Under the pieces are notes generated by a model. That model did no database searches and had not been told where the DNA came from. It saw nothing but the letters and a program-made list of their open reading frames with translations. From Euryarchaeota archaeon RBG_19FT_COMBO_56_21 (GTDB lineage Archaea > Thermoplasmatota > Thermoplasmata > UBA10834), in contig MGWC01000001.1 of NCBI GenBank assembly GCA_001800815.1, positions 54,431 through 118,430 of the forward strand: a stretch of 64,000 nucleotides of DNA, given 5' to 3'. The translations under genes and the position numbers were made by a program. Positions 45,028 to 54,404 of the stretch are shown in pieces. How positions within the stretch are numbered: position 1 is the stretch's first letter; the number at the start of each line of letters is the position of its first letter.

Positions 45028-46614
45028 TCACAGAATGGGAACTAGCTTCGGCCTGAAGTCACCGCGGTCTGGATCCGTCATCGCATACGGGGCTGTGAAC
45101 GGCTCTTCGCCCCTAACCATCGTGACGCCAGAGATCTTGTCTATCCTGAGGTGAATGTGCGCCAAATCCGACAGTCTGCTCGTGGATTTGACAGACGGGG
45201 TCACGGTGGCGACGAACAGGCCGCCATTGTTCAACAGAGATGTCAGGAACTCCATCATGCCATCTAGGACTCCGGGGCCGTATATGGATTCGAGAGAGTC
45301 AAACCCGATAGTGGTAAGTATGGGCGAACCCGCGTTCTTGAGTGCGTATTCGACGTCCTGCCACTTCATATCCACTTTGACGTCCTCTCCTTCCAGAGTC
45401 ATCGAGTAGGGCTGAGGTGCTCCAGTTGCGCCATGTGGCTCAAGGATGCGGACGTTCTTGTCGAACTTGGAGTCCGAGACGAATCCAATCAACTCTTCCC
45501 TCGCGGACTCGGAGCCTATCTTCTTCGTTGGAATCCAAGCGACTCCTCTGTCCTGATTGACCGCATTGCAGATGATTGCGTGTTCAATCTGCGAGGAAGC
45601 CACTACCGGAACGCCAGGGCTCAGCTCTATCAGAGTGATAGTGCCCTTCCTCAATCCGCCGCCGAGCATGGCGTCCAGGTCTGAGATGCCCGTGGATACA
45701 TGCTTCTGGTCCACATCCGGTATCGCCGCGAAGGACTTCGGTTTCTCTGGCTTGACGTATCGGGAGTACTCGAAGGTCCTGACTCTACCACCGAGGAGGG
45801 TGAAAACGTACCTCGGTTGCCGAATCTCGCAGCCTCTGAGCTTGAGGAGATCCAGCAAACGAATGCGCCTGCCGGTCGAACTATCGAGGCTCAAGTAGAC
45901 GACGCCGTCCCCGAGGTAGTCGAGCAAGGGATCAGGAGTCTCGAGCACATACACGACATTTGTTCCGCACCCCTCCACGAGATCTTTTTGAAGCGCGTTG
46001 ATTAGTCTTGATGGGCCAACACCGTACTTGTCCGCCAGGGCGTCGATGCTGTCGATCACGACAAGGGTCCTCTCGGGGAGCGACTTGTCGACGACGTCAT
46101 AGGCCATCTCTATCTCGGGCATCATGGCCCCTATTGATACTACAAGTTCGCCCTCGCCCGCTCCAGGCTCGGCTACGCCCTCCTCGCCCCCGCTCTCAAT
46201 GAGCCCCTGGAGTCTCTGCAGCTCCTTCCTCGGGGATTTGACCTTCTCGCCCTTGAGCTCGCCCTTGATAGCCGCCAGTCCTAGCAGGATCTGCTCGACC
46301 TGCTGTTCCGAATCGGCCTTCTTCTTGATCTTCTTGCGAGCCTTGAGTATCTCGCCTTCCTTCACCTTGTCAAGCAACCATGGGAATTGGTTGAACAAGG
46401 ACTGGTCAGATACCCTCGTGGACATGTAGTAGCTCTGTTGCACAGAGGCGAGCTCCTCGATAATCTGGAGAGCAATGGTGGTCTTGCCCGTGCCTGCCAT
46501 TCCCCTGACAATCATCGAATGCCCACCAGGGCTTGATAGGAAATTCACCATCTCCCTTGGGAATGTCGAGCTTGCCTGGATCGTCGCGGCACCGCTTTCC
46601 TTCTTCTCAGCCAT
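45028..46614 (-). CDS. KaiC-like tandem RecA-domain ATPase. First domain has an intact Walker A; second domain is degenerate.
   Basis: Domain 1 carries GMAGTGKTT. Domain 2 carries GISDLDAMLGGGLRKGTITLIELSPGVPV, lacking the P-loop lysine. Confidence 0.55.
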   Translation of the reverse strand: MAEKKESGAATIQASSTFPREMVNFLSSPGGHSMIVRGMAGTGKTTIALQIIEELASVQQSYYMSTRVSDQSLFNQFPWLLDKVKEGEILKARKKIKKKADSEQQVEQILLGLAAIKGELKGEKVKSPRKELQRLQGLIESGGEEGVAEPGAGEGELVVSIGAMMPEIEMAYDVVDKSLPERTLVVIDSIDALADKYGVGPSRLINALQKDLVEGCGTNVVYVLETPDPLLDYLGDGVVYLSLDSSTGRRIRLLDLLKLRGCEIRQPRYVFTLLGGRVRTFEYSRYVKPEKPKSFAAIPDVDQKHVSTGISDLDAMLGGGLRKGTITLIELSPGVPVVASSQIEHAIICNAVNQDRGVAWIPTKKIGSESAREELIGFVSDSKFDKNVRILEPHGATGAPQPYSMTLEGEDVKVDMKWQDVEYALKNAGSPILTTIGFDSLESIYGPGVLDGMMEFLTSLLNNGGLFVATVTPSVKSTSRLSDLAHIHLRIDKISGVTMVRGEEPFTAPYAMTDPDRGDFRPKLVPIL

Positions 46615-46636
46615 TCTAATCCCTTCTCCTTATCAT

Positions 46637-47038
46637 CTACTGCTCTCTCTCCTTGGGCCTCAATAGCCCTCCGGCCTGCTGCTCCTCATCCTCTTCCTCG
46701 ATGAGCTTGATCTCTTTCCACTCGCCCCCGAAGTCTTGAATCTGGCCAGTGACCATCTGGAATCTCACCCTCAGCTTCCCCCCTTCAAAGAATATGTAGG
46801 CGTTCCTGAGCTGGGAAAGGTAGAGAACGATTCTCTTGCCCTGCTGCGTGAGCGCTCTCTCGACGGACTTCAGGAGTCCCGCCTTCTCAAGGACATGAAT
46901 GCGCCTGTAGCAGGCTGCTATAGGGATGTTCAGCTTCGCGCTTAGCTCGAGCGCGTGCTTTGGCTTGCGGGAGCACGCGACCAGAATCTTAGCTGCGTAG
47001 GTGTCCATTATGAGCCGAGACGCCTCGAGAGGGTCCAA
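46637..47038 (-). CDS. Winged-helix transcriptional regulator (ArsR/TrmB-like).
   Basis: HTH segment (ELSAKLNIPIAACYRRIHVLEKAGLL) with an acidic C-terminal tail. Heads the KaiC-like gene pair. Confidence 0.45.
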   Translation of the reverse strand: MDPLEASRLIMDTYAAKILVACSRKPKHALELSAKLNIPIAACYRRIHVLEKAGLLKSVERALTQQGKRIVLYLSQLRNAYIFFEGGKLRVRFQMVTGQIQDFGGEWKEIKLIEEEDEEQQAGGLLRPKEREQ

Positions 47039-47300
47039 ACCCGTATCCTCCGTGATGCACCAATCCCGCGGATGGGCGTAGAGCGACAGACTAGGGGGGA
47101 AATCCGCGGACCGCGTACAACGGTGTTCTATCAGACTTGATATGCGAATACCCTACAGTGTTTAAATGCTTTCTATTGACTGGAACAAGTTCCGATTCCC
47201 GGCAAGAGCAACTAAGAAATACCAGCGCGCGCGACGCGCAAGTGAGGATTAATATCCGTATGCAACGGTTCACTGGGGTGAACCGACGAGTTGGCTAGCC

Positions 47301-47627
47301 ATGAAGGGCATGAAGTGCAGATGCGGGTTCGCGACGATTTCCGACAAGAGATTGTGCCCGAGGTGTGGCAAGCGCATGAAGAACGCTGATTGGCCAGACG
47401 AAGGGACGGTGCTGTCGTTCACGCGCCTGCAGGCGATCCCGGAAGGGCTTCCGGATCCGTACAATCTCGCGTTGGTCGCTGTTACCAAGGGACCCAAGGT
47501 GGTATGCTGGACTTCGGGCACTCTCCGGGAGAATGATCAGGTGACCATCGTCGAACGGAAGGGCAAGTACCTCTGCAGTCCCAGGACCGGTCTCGCATTC
47601 AAGCTCGACGAATCAAAGCTTGATTGA
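47301..47627 (+). CDS. DUF35-family zinc-ribbon + OB-fold protein.
   Basis: N-terminal CRCG...CPRCG rubredoxin-like ribbon followed by an OB-fold-like segment. DUF35 proteins are typically partners of thiolase/HMG-CoA synthase, but none is adjacent here. Confidence 0.5.
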   Translation: MKGMKCRCGFATISDKRLCPRCGKRMKNADWPDEGTVLSFTRLQAIPEGLPDPYNLALVAVTKGPKVVCWTSGTLRENDQVTIVERKGKYLCSPRTGLAFKLDESKLD

Positions 47628-48578
47628 TTCCACGGACGCCAGACAGAACTGCGGACCCAGGGCGTTTATCCTCTTCTTGAGAACCTCCTCTAGATCTGCC
47701 TTCGCCTTGACTGAAGCTGCTCTCACGTCTACTACCACCTCGCACGTCATGCGTTCGTAGTAAACCAGTACGTTGGTGTAACCCGCAATCACGTTGAGCT
47801 CTTCATCTCCGAGGACCTTCATCACTTCGAATATCGCCCCGGGCCTGTCCGGGATGTCCACACAGAGCCTCATCAGCCTTGCATCGTCGTTCAGAAAGGC
47901 AATGGATAGGATCCACGAGTCCGGCTCCCCGATGAGCATTATCGGAGCGGATTTCTTCCCGAGGAAGTTGACATACGCCTGAGGAAGCTCGAACTGACCA
48001 TCTTTGATCATGCTGGCTTTCTTCTCGGTCTTCCTCAGAGCCTTGGTCTTGATCTTGTCGTTCTCATAGGCGGCCCCGCGGCTGTATCTGATGGCAATGT
48101 CGGAAGCCTCGACGCATAGACAGTCCACCATCGACACTCCCGAGTCTTTTCCAGTCTTCGCGTCGTCGAATTCCTTCTTCAGGGAAAGCGAATCACCGAA
48201 GAAAGACAGATCCACCAACATTTCCCAGACCATCATCACATTCGGGACTGAGCTCACCGTTTCCGAGTTCAGAATATCGACGTTCCTCGTCTTCAGGAAC
48301 TGAGCTGCCTGTGCGAGGGCCCCGGGTTCGTCCCTGACCTGGAAGGTGACATACGCAATCTCCCGGTAGTTCTCGGGGCCGAAGGGGGAGAGCACTATCT
48401 CGAAGCTGCTCTTTCCATCTATCTCGTACTTGAACATCGAGCTGAAGACCTCGCTGCCGTCCACCAGACCCAACGGCTCGCCAATCTTCTTGCTGATTCT
48501 GATCTTGCCGCTCTCCATCCGCCCAAAATCCCAAAGCTTCACGCCGCTCCCCTCGACGCATAAAAGCGAATCGGGCAC
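47613..48578 (-). CDS. Protein with two ACT domains (hypothetical).
   Basis: GTG start. Two ACT-like segments (VTFQVRDEPGALAQAAQFL; LCVDIPDRPGAIFEVMKVL). Confidence 0.4.
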   Translation of the reverse strand: MPDSLLCVEGSGVKLWDFGRMESGKIRISKKIGEPLGLVDGSEVFSSMFKYEIDGKSSFEIVLSPFGPENYREIAYVTFQVRDEPGALAQAAQFLKTRNVDILNSETVSSVPNVMMVWEMLVDLSFFGDSLSLKKEFDDAKTGKDSGVSMVDCLCVEASDIAIRYSRGAAYENDKIKTKALRKTEKKASMIKDGQFELPQAYVNFLGKKSAPIMLIGEPDSWILSIAFLNDDARLMRLCVDIPDRPGAIFEVMKVLGDEELNVIAGYTNVLVYYERMTCEVVVDVRAASVKAKADLEEVLKKRINALGPQFCLASVESIKL

Positions 48579-48592
48579 ATAAAGATGTTCGG

Positions 48593-49012
48593 TCAGCTAG
48601 GCCTCTTCGGAGTGAAGATGTACAGAGTTGGTACCCGGTGCTTCAACCCGGTCCAGTATCCGCAGGCACCGCACTTGTACCCGAAAGTCACGGTGCCCCC
48701 GTACACAGTCATGTTCCGAAGCCGTTTGGTCTTCCCGCCGCACACGGGACAGGCGCCCGCCTTTGTCTTCTCCTGACCTTCCCGGCCATGGATGACAATG
48801 TCGGCGAGTTCGTTCTTGAGCGCGAGTCTCCGCACCCGCTCTTCGCTCACCGAGTAGTCGGGGTCATGCCTGCGAAGCTCTCTCAGCACGAGCTCCGTCA
48901 TCTTCCTCTGCGAGCTCACGACACCGTGCCGTCTAAGGGCGTCCTTGATAGCGTCGACCACCTCGGTGTCCGTGGGCTTGCGAAAGGCCATCGGCTCATG
49001 ATGGGAATCCAC
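48593..49012 (-). CDS. Hypothetical protein with a C-terminal C4 zinc ribbon.
   Basis: GTG start. CPVCGG...CGACGYW. Sits 15 nt upstream of the ACT-domain gene on the same strand. Confidence 0.35.
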   Translation of the reverse strand: MDSHHEPMAFRKPTDTEVVDAIKDALRRHGVVSSQRKMTELVLRELRRHDPDYSVSEERVRRLALKNELADIVIHGREGQEKTKAGACPVCGGKTKRLRNMTVYGGTVTFGYKCGACGYWTGLKHRVPTLYIFTPKRPS

Positions 49013-49094
49013 TTACGAATACCTTTCCAACAGGACCTGACCAAGTCGTTACAAAGCAAATAATATAAGAAAGCAACCGCTACCCGGCGAACTA

Positions 49095-50417
49095 GTGAGG
49101 GCTATGCGGTCAAAGGTCATCATCATGGGAGCCGCGGGGAGGGACTTCCACAACTTCAACACCTATTTCCGCGACAACGCCAACTACGAGGTAGTTGCGT
49201 TCACCGCGACGCAGATTCCGAACATAGAGGGCAGGAAATACCCTGCGAGCTTGGCTGGCAAGCTGTACCCCAATGGGATAAGCATCTTTCCGGAGAAAGA
49301 CTTGCCAGAGCTTATCAAGAAGCACGATGTCGAGCAGGTAGTGCTTGCGTATTCCGATCTAAGTCACGTCGACGTCATGCACAAGGCGTCTCTCGTCAAC
49401 GCCTGCGGCGCTGACTTTCGACTCATGGGCTCCAACCAGACGGCCCTCAAATCGAAGGTGCCAGTTATTGCGATATGCGCGGTCAGAACTGGTGCAGGCA
49501 AGAGCCAGACCACCAGGGCCATCGCATCGATGCTGAGGGCAAGTGGGAAGAGGGTCGTGGCGATCCGGCACCCGATGCCCTACGGGGACCTCGAGAAGCA
49601 GGCCGTGCAGCGGTTCGCGACCTATGCGGACCTGGACAAGAACGACTGCACGATCGAGGAGAGGGAAGAGTACGAGCCCCACATAGACAAGGGCATTATC
49701 GTCTACGCGGGTGTGGACTATGAGAAGATCCTGAGGCAGGCCGAGAAGGAAGCGGATGTCATTCTCTGGGACGGGGGCAACAACGATACACCGTTCTATG
49801 TCCCAGACCTTCACATCGTAGTCGCCGACCCTCACAGGGCGGAGGATACGCGCCTGTACTATCCTGGCGAGACCAACATCAGGATGGCAGATGTCGTCAT
49901 CATCAACAAGGTCGACACCGCCAATCCGAAGGACGTCGAACTCGTCAAGGACATAGTGGCGCAGCTCAATCCAAAGGCCAAGATCCTAACCGCAGCCTCG
50001 CCACTGACCGTCGACGACCCGAAGATGATTAAGGGCAAGCGAGTGCTTGTTATCGAGGACGGCCCGACAGTCACCCACGGCGGGATGAAGTTCGGTGCCG
50101 GGTTCATCGCGGCTCAGAAAGCGGGCGCGAAGGAGATTATCGACCCGAGGCCATACGCGGTCAATTCGATCAAGGAGACCTTCGAGAAGTACAAGCACCT
50201 CGAGAAGGTCCTTCCCGCAATGGGCTACGGTAACCACCAGGTGAAGGACCTTCAGGACACAATCAACGCGGCCAAGTGCGACGTAGTGGTGTCCGGAACC
50301 CCCATAGACTTGAATAGGGTCATCAAGGCCAACAAACCGATCATCAGGGTCAGGTACGAGCTGCAGGTGCTTGGTGAGCCGACGCTCGAAGACATCGTGA
50401 AGGGAGTCAAGCTATAG
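49095..50417 (+). CDS. P-loop protein, putatively cyclic 2,3-diphosphoglycerate synthetase-like.
   Basis: GTG start, ~440 aa. Central MobB/ArgK-like P-loop (RTGAGKSQTTRAIA...VVAIRHP). The assignment to the cDPG synthetase family is from memory of size and architecture only. Confidence 0.3.
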   Translation: MRAMRSKVIIMGAAGRDFHNFNTYFRDNANYEVVAFTATQIPNIEGRKYPASLAGKLYPNGISIFPEKDLPELIKKHDVEQVVLAYSDLSHVDVMHKASLVNACGADFRLMGSNQTALKSKVPVIAICAVRTGAGKSQTTRAIASMLRASGKRVVAIRHPMPYGDLEKQAVQRFATYADLDKNDCTIEEREEYEPHIDKGIIVYAGVDYEKILRQAEKEADVILWDGGNNDTPFYVPDLHIVVADPHRAEDTRLYYPGETNIRMADVVIINKVDTANPKDVELVKDIVAQLNPKAKILTAASPLTVDDPKMIKGKRVLVIEDGPTVTHGGMKFGAGFIAAQKAGAKEIIDPRPYAVNSIKETFEKYKHLEKVLPAMGYGNHQVKDLQDTINAAKCDVVVSGTPIDLNRVIKANKPIIRVRYELQVLGEPTLEDIVKGVKL

Positions 50418-50454
50418 AGATCGCCTGCAACTCAGAAACGGACTTCCGACGGCG

Positions 50455-50817
50455 CTATCCCGCTCTTGACCCATCCGGGACGGGTTTCTCAGGCACAGCA
50501 AGGACAGGCGTGATCCCATCCTCATAGCCAATGTCGAATAGCATTGCCTCGGAAACATGGCCGAGCATTCTCCTGGGCTCGACATTCACCACGAATAGCG
50601 CCTGCTTCCCCTCGACCTCCCTTGGGTCGCTCCTTTCTTTCTTCATTCCCACAAGAACGATTCGCTTTGCATCTCCGAAATTGACGGTTAGCTTGACGAG
50701 TTTGTCCGATTCGATGACATCGTCTACCCGCTCGATGGTCCCGATCCTCATGTCGATCTTCTGAAGCATGTTCGCGGGTATCGTCGGCTTGACCTTCGCA
50801 ACCTTGAACCCCTCCAT
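50455..50817 (-). CDS. tRNA-binding domain protein (CsaA/Trbp111, Myf-domain family).
   Basis: IDMRIGTIERVDDVIESDKLVKLTVNFGD...IVLVG matches the OB-fold tRNA-binding domain consensus (LDLRVGKI...ADKLYV...VD.G). Confidence 0.6.
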   Translation of the reverse strand: MEGFKVAKVKPTIPANMLQKIDMRIGTIERVDDVIESDKLVKLTVNFGDAKRIVLVGMKKERSDPREVEGKQALFVVNVEPRRMLGHVSEAMLFDIGYEDGITPVLAVPEKPVPDGSRAG

Positions 50818-50883
50818 TCTATCCCCATTCCACTAAGCGACTTGCACGGATATTATGATAGACGGAGGGCCCGTTTCGCGCCA

Positions 50884-50897
50884 AAAGAGTTAAAGGA
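50884..50897 (+). promoter_or_regulatory. TATA-like box (AAAGAGTTAAAGGA) ~25-30 nt upstream of the tRNA-Leu 5' end.
   Basis: Spacing is consistent with an archaeal TATA box at about -26 relative to the tRNA start. Confidence 0.35.
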
Positions 50898-50919
50898 AGA
50901 CTGGGAGAATTACGCCCCC

Positions 50920-51004
50920 GCGGGAGTAGCTAAGCCTGGCCAACGGCGCAGGACTTAAGATTCTGTCTCACAGGAGTCCGGGGGTTCAAATCCCCTCTCC
51001 CGCA
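50920..51004 (+). tRNA. tRNA-Leu (anticodon TAA), type II with long variable arm; no encoded CCA.
   Basis: Manual fold. Acceptor GCGGGAG/CTCCCGC. Anticodon stem CAGGA/TTCTG with loop CTTAAGA. Variable arm with a CTC/GAG stem. T-arm GGGGG-TTCAAAT-CCCCT. Discriminator A. Confidence 0.8.
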
Positions 51005-51065
51005 CAACACGATCATTGCATGTCGGAACGGTGTTGCTGGACGATAGAGACATGTTCTCGCTCAG

Positions 51066-52958
51066 ATGGGCTCCCGTGGAAAACTGCTAATAGTGGTAAG
51101 ACGAATCTATGCCAGCGGGGTGACTCGACTGATCAGAGGGTTGGCGTGGCTCGTAGGCGCGATCGCCGTCATTTCGCTTGTGGCTGCTTCACCAATACTG
51201 TCCGGACTAGACGGAGTCACCAGTCAGACAAGATGCGCTGAACCTGAGCCAATGGTCGAGGTATCTGCAGTCGACAGCGCGAGGCCTGGCCCGTTGGCGT
51301 CTGGCAACCCGCCCGTGTTCATCGGGACATCGCCTTCGGCCGTGGTCTTTGTGAGTCCTGGAGAACCGAAGATCATCTTCGTGAGAGTAAGCGATATGGA
51401 CGGGGACAACGTCAATGTCAGATGGAACTTTGGTGACGGCACTCCAGATGTCGTCAACATGACTGATCCCGCCTCTGCGACCCAAACAGTCTACGTCGAG
51501 CACACATGGAATCCGGTCATTGAGCAAGGAGTGGGCGGCGTCTACATCAGCTACACTCTTGACATCATGATAGACGACGGGAACGGCAACTATGCGTATC
51601 GTACATCGACGGTTGCATGCTACATCCCAGAGAATTACGGCCCGCAATCGGATATTGAGATTCAATCGCTGGCATTCGTCAACGACACGGTCGACATAAC
51701 GGCGAAAGCGAACGACACCGAGGGTGAACCACTGACCTGGACATTTGTATTCAACGACACGGTCTCCGACTTCCTGACGCTCGTCTACTACACACCTGCG
51801 ACCGAGCCAGCCACATGGCAATGGAACAACATAACTCACACGTTCGATCACGAGGGATACTACAATGTGACCCTCTACGTGTCGGATGCACTTGGAATCA
51901 ACCAAACAGGTCTCCACAACACATCCGATCGTGCAACGGTCGTGGTTGCGTACAACCGAGCTCCTTGCAATACTAATATCGCCAATCTCCCTGAGCATCC
52001 TTCGGTTTCTGGAAGCGATGACTATGTTGACGTGTCGTTCTACATTGAAGTCCTCGACATTGACGGTGATGTGGTCACAGCCGCTTGGGACTTCGGGGAC
52101 GGCTCCGCCCCTGAGACCAACAGCACATCGGGCGGTTCTGTTGTTTATCAGCTCTCCCAGATTCACAGGTTCATCGGGCCTGGTGAGTTCAATGTGACTG
52201 TAACGATCTCTGACGGCAGACCAGGGAACGAAGTGATTGAGTATCTTGTTGTCACCATCATCTCTACGAACATTCCCCCTTCGGTAGTTCTGTTCTCCCA
52301 CTTGGCGTTCGGACCACCTTGGGATCCGTTTGTGTTCTCTGGGACGGAAGTCTGGTACGAGGCGACCCTGATTGATGCTGAGATGGATGACCTAGAGCTG
52401 GTCTGGGATTTCGGTGATGGAAGTCCAAATGTCCATGTCAATCTAACAGATTATGTGGACGGGAACGCATCGTGCGCAGTAAATCACGTCTATGCGGACG
52501 CCGGAGTCTACGCAATAGTCATTCTGTACACTGACAATCAAATTGGCCTCTTTAACCACACGCGGGAATACTACATTTCAGTCCGAGTCGAAGCCGACAA
52601 CGTCCTTCCAGTAGCTGATGCCGGCGAGGACCAGCTTGTTCAATCGCCATGCAATGTCTACTTCGACGGCTCTGGATCAGTCGACGATTGGGCGATTGCG
52701 AACTACTCATGGAGCTTCGTCTACAATGGTACTTTGGTCGAGCTGTGGGGAGTGAGCCCCTCATTCGAGTTCTGGACTCTGGGAACATATGTCGTGCTTC
52801 TGAACGTTACTGACTATGCAGGGAATTGCAACACATCCCAGGTCACTGTCGAGGTCGTAGAAGTGATTCCTGAGTACCCGGTGACCCTACCGGCCGCCGT
52901 GCTATTGGTCCTCGTCCCAGTCCTCCATTACATACGGCGAAGAAAGTGGAGCCAGTAA
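51066..52958 (+). CDS. Cell-surface protein with multiple PKD-like repeats, N-terminal signal/TM and C-terminal TM anchor with basic tail.
   Basis: Repeated WNFGDGTP / WDFGDGSAP / WDFGDGSPN PKD signatures. Many N-x-S/T sequons. The C-terminus reads PEYPVTLPAAVLLVLVPVLHYIRRRKWSQ. Confidence 0.65.
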   Translation: MGSRGKLLIVVRRIYASGVTRLIRGLAWLVGAIAVISLVAASPILSGLDGVTSQTRCAEPEPMVEVSAVDSARPGPLASGNPPVFIGTSPSAVVFVSPGEPKIIFVRVSDMDGDNVNVRWNFGDGTPDVVNMTDPASATQTVYVEHTWNPVIEQGVGGVYISYTLDIMIDDGNGNYAYRTSTVACYIPENYGPQSDIEIQSLAFVNDTVDITAKANDTEGEPLTWTFVFNDTVSDFLTLVYYTPATEPATWQWNNITHTFDHEGYYNVTLYVSDALGINQTGLHNTSDRATVVVAYNRAPCNTNIANLPEHPSVSGSDDYVDVSFYIEVLDIDGDVVTAAWDFGDGSAPETNSTSGGSVVYQLSQIHRFIGPGEFNVTVTISDGRPGNEVIEYLVVTIISTNIPPSVVLFSHLAFGPPWDPFVFSGTEVWYEATLIDAEMDDLELVWDFGDGSPNVHVNLTDYVDGNASCAVNHVYADAGVYAIVILYTDNQIGLFNHTREYYISVRVEADNVLPVADAGEDQLVQSPCNVYFDGSGSVDDWAIANYSWSFVYNGTLVELWGVSPSFEFWTLGTYVVLLNVTDYAGNCNTSQVTVEVVEVIPEYPVTLPAAVLLVLVPVLHYIRRRKWSQ

Positions 52959-53013
52959 TACTCTCACGGCATAGGTAATCCTTATAGCTGACAGGCGATA
53001 TGTCAGTTCGAGC

Positions 53014-53976
53014 ATGACCGCTGGGACTCAAGTTTCTGCGCCGTCCGACCTCCAGGTCAGCGACAACTACGGAAGACCTGTCAGGAGCATGCGCCTGTCG
53101 GTTACTCAGAGGTGTAGCCTTGCCTGTGACTACTGCCACAAGGAGGGACAGACCCCTTCTCGGGAGGAGATGACTCCTTCCGAGATAGAAAGGCTTGTCC
53201 GCGTGGCTGCGTCCGCAGGCGTGAAGAAGGTGAAACTCACAGGCGGGGAACCGCTCATGAGGGAGGATCTATCCGAAATCATACAACGCCTGTCCCGCCT
53301 CGTTTCCGAAGTCTCTCTCACCACCAACGGATACTCTCTCAAGGATAACGCCCGTGACTTGAAGGACGCCGGCCTTAACCGGATCAACGTAAGCCTTCAC
53401 ACCCTGAACAAAGATGTGTACAGTCGAATCTGCGGAGTCGACATGGTGGACTCCGTCGTCAGAGGTATCAGAAGCGCTGTTGCAGCGGGTCTGGCTCCGG
53501 TCAAAGTCAACATGGTTGTCTTGAAGGGATTCAACGAGAGCGATATCGGTTCCATGATGAGATTCTGTGCCGAAACTGGAGCCGTTCTACAGCTCATCGA
53601 ATACGAGGCGAGCCGCGAGGGCGCAAAGGAAGAGGATTTCAAGAAGCGATTCTACTCCCTCGTCGGTGTGGAGGAGGACTTGCGAAGCAAGGCGGTCAAC
53701 ATATTCCACAACGAACTTCACCGGCGAGGTCGGTACCAGGTCAAGGCAGACGGAGGACTGGTGACAGTGGAGGTCGTCAGGCCGATGCACAACACGGAAT
53801 TCTGCCAGAACTGCACACGGATCAGGCTATCGAGCGACGGCATCCTGAAACCCTGTCTGATGGAGAAGTCCGGAGAGTTGGATCTGTTGAGGCCTCTAAG
53901 GAAGGGCGCGTCCGATTCGGATCTGCGAGAGCTGTTCATGAAGGGCGTCGCAGCACGGAGACCCTATTGGAGGTGA
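53014..53976 (+). CDS. moaA: GTP 3',8-cyclase (radical SAM).
   Basis: CSLACDYCH radical-SAM motif and the MoaA C-terminal Cys cluster (CQNCTRIRLS). Confidence 0.85.
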   Translation: MTAGTQVSAPSDLQVSDNYGRPVRSMRLSVTQRCSLACDYCHKEGQTPSREEMTPSEIERLVRVAASAGVKKVKLTGGEPLMREDLSEIIQRLSRLVSEVSLTTNGYSLKDNARDLKDAGLNRINVSLHTLNKDVYSRICGVDMVDSVVRGIRSAVAAGLAPVKVNMVVLKGFNESDIGSMMRFCAETGAVLQLIEYEASREGAKEEDFKKRFYSLVGVEEDLRSKAVNIFHNELHRRGRYQVKADGGLVTVEVVRPMHNTEFCQNCTRIRLSSDGILKPCLMEKSGELDLLRPLRKGASDSDLRELFMKGVAARRPYWR

Positions 53977-53982
53977 GTCTGT

Positions 53983-54390
53983 TTGAAGCCCCTGATCGTC
54001 GTAACATCGAAACCTGTCTCCATCACACGAGTGATCAAATCGGTCTCGAGTCCCAGGTCAGGCGGGACTGTGCTGTTCCTGGGGACTGTCCGGGCCAGCT
54101 CGCGCGGCATGAAGGTCACGAAGATGCGCCTGGAGTCCGCCAAGGATCTTGCCAAAGCGGACCTCCGTAGGATATGCAAGGCCGTGGATCAGAAGTATGC
54201 CGTGAACCACATCGCAGTAGAGCACCGAGTCGGCAGTCTGAGCGTGGGGGAAATCATCGTCGCGATAGCGGTGGGGGCGGCACACCGAGAAGACGCGTTT
54301 AAGGCCTGTAAGTACATCATAGATGAGCTGAAGAAGACCACGCCTATATGGAAGAAGGAAATCGGTCCGGCGAGAGAGCGCTGGGTGTAG
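53983..54390 (+). CDS. moaE: Molybdopterin synthase catalytic subunit.
   Basis: TTG start with GGAGGTGA SD. MoaE core (IAVEHRVGSLSVGEIIVAIAVGAAHREDAF...PIWKKE). Confidence 0.7.
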   Translation: MKPLIVVTSKPVSITRVIKSVSSPRSGGTVLFLGTVRASSRGMKVTKMRLESAKDLAKADLRRICKAVDQKYAVNHIAVEHRVGSLSVGEIIVAIAVGAAHREDAFKACKYIIDELKKTTPIWKKEIGPARERWV

Positions 54391-54404
54391 GGGGGCTACT
54401 CCAT

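Noticed and set aside
47100-47300. TTTAAAT box and GC-rich CGCGCGCGACGCGC stretch in the 263-nt gap between the wHTH regulator and the DUF35 gene; considered as a small ncRNA.
   Set aside because: No conserved structure was recognisable. The distances to both flanking starts (>120 nt) are atypical for promoters. Only very short ORFs are present. Insufficient evidence without expression data.
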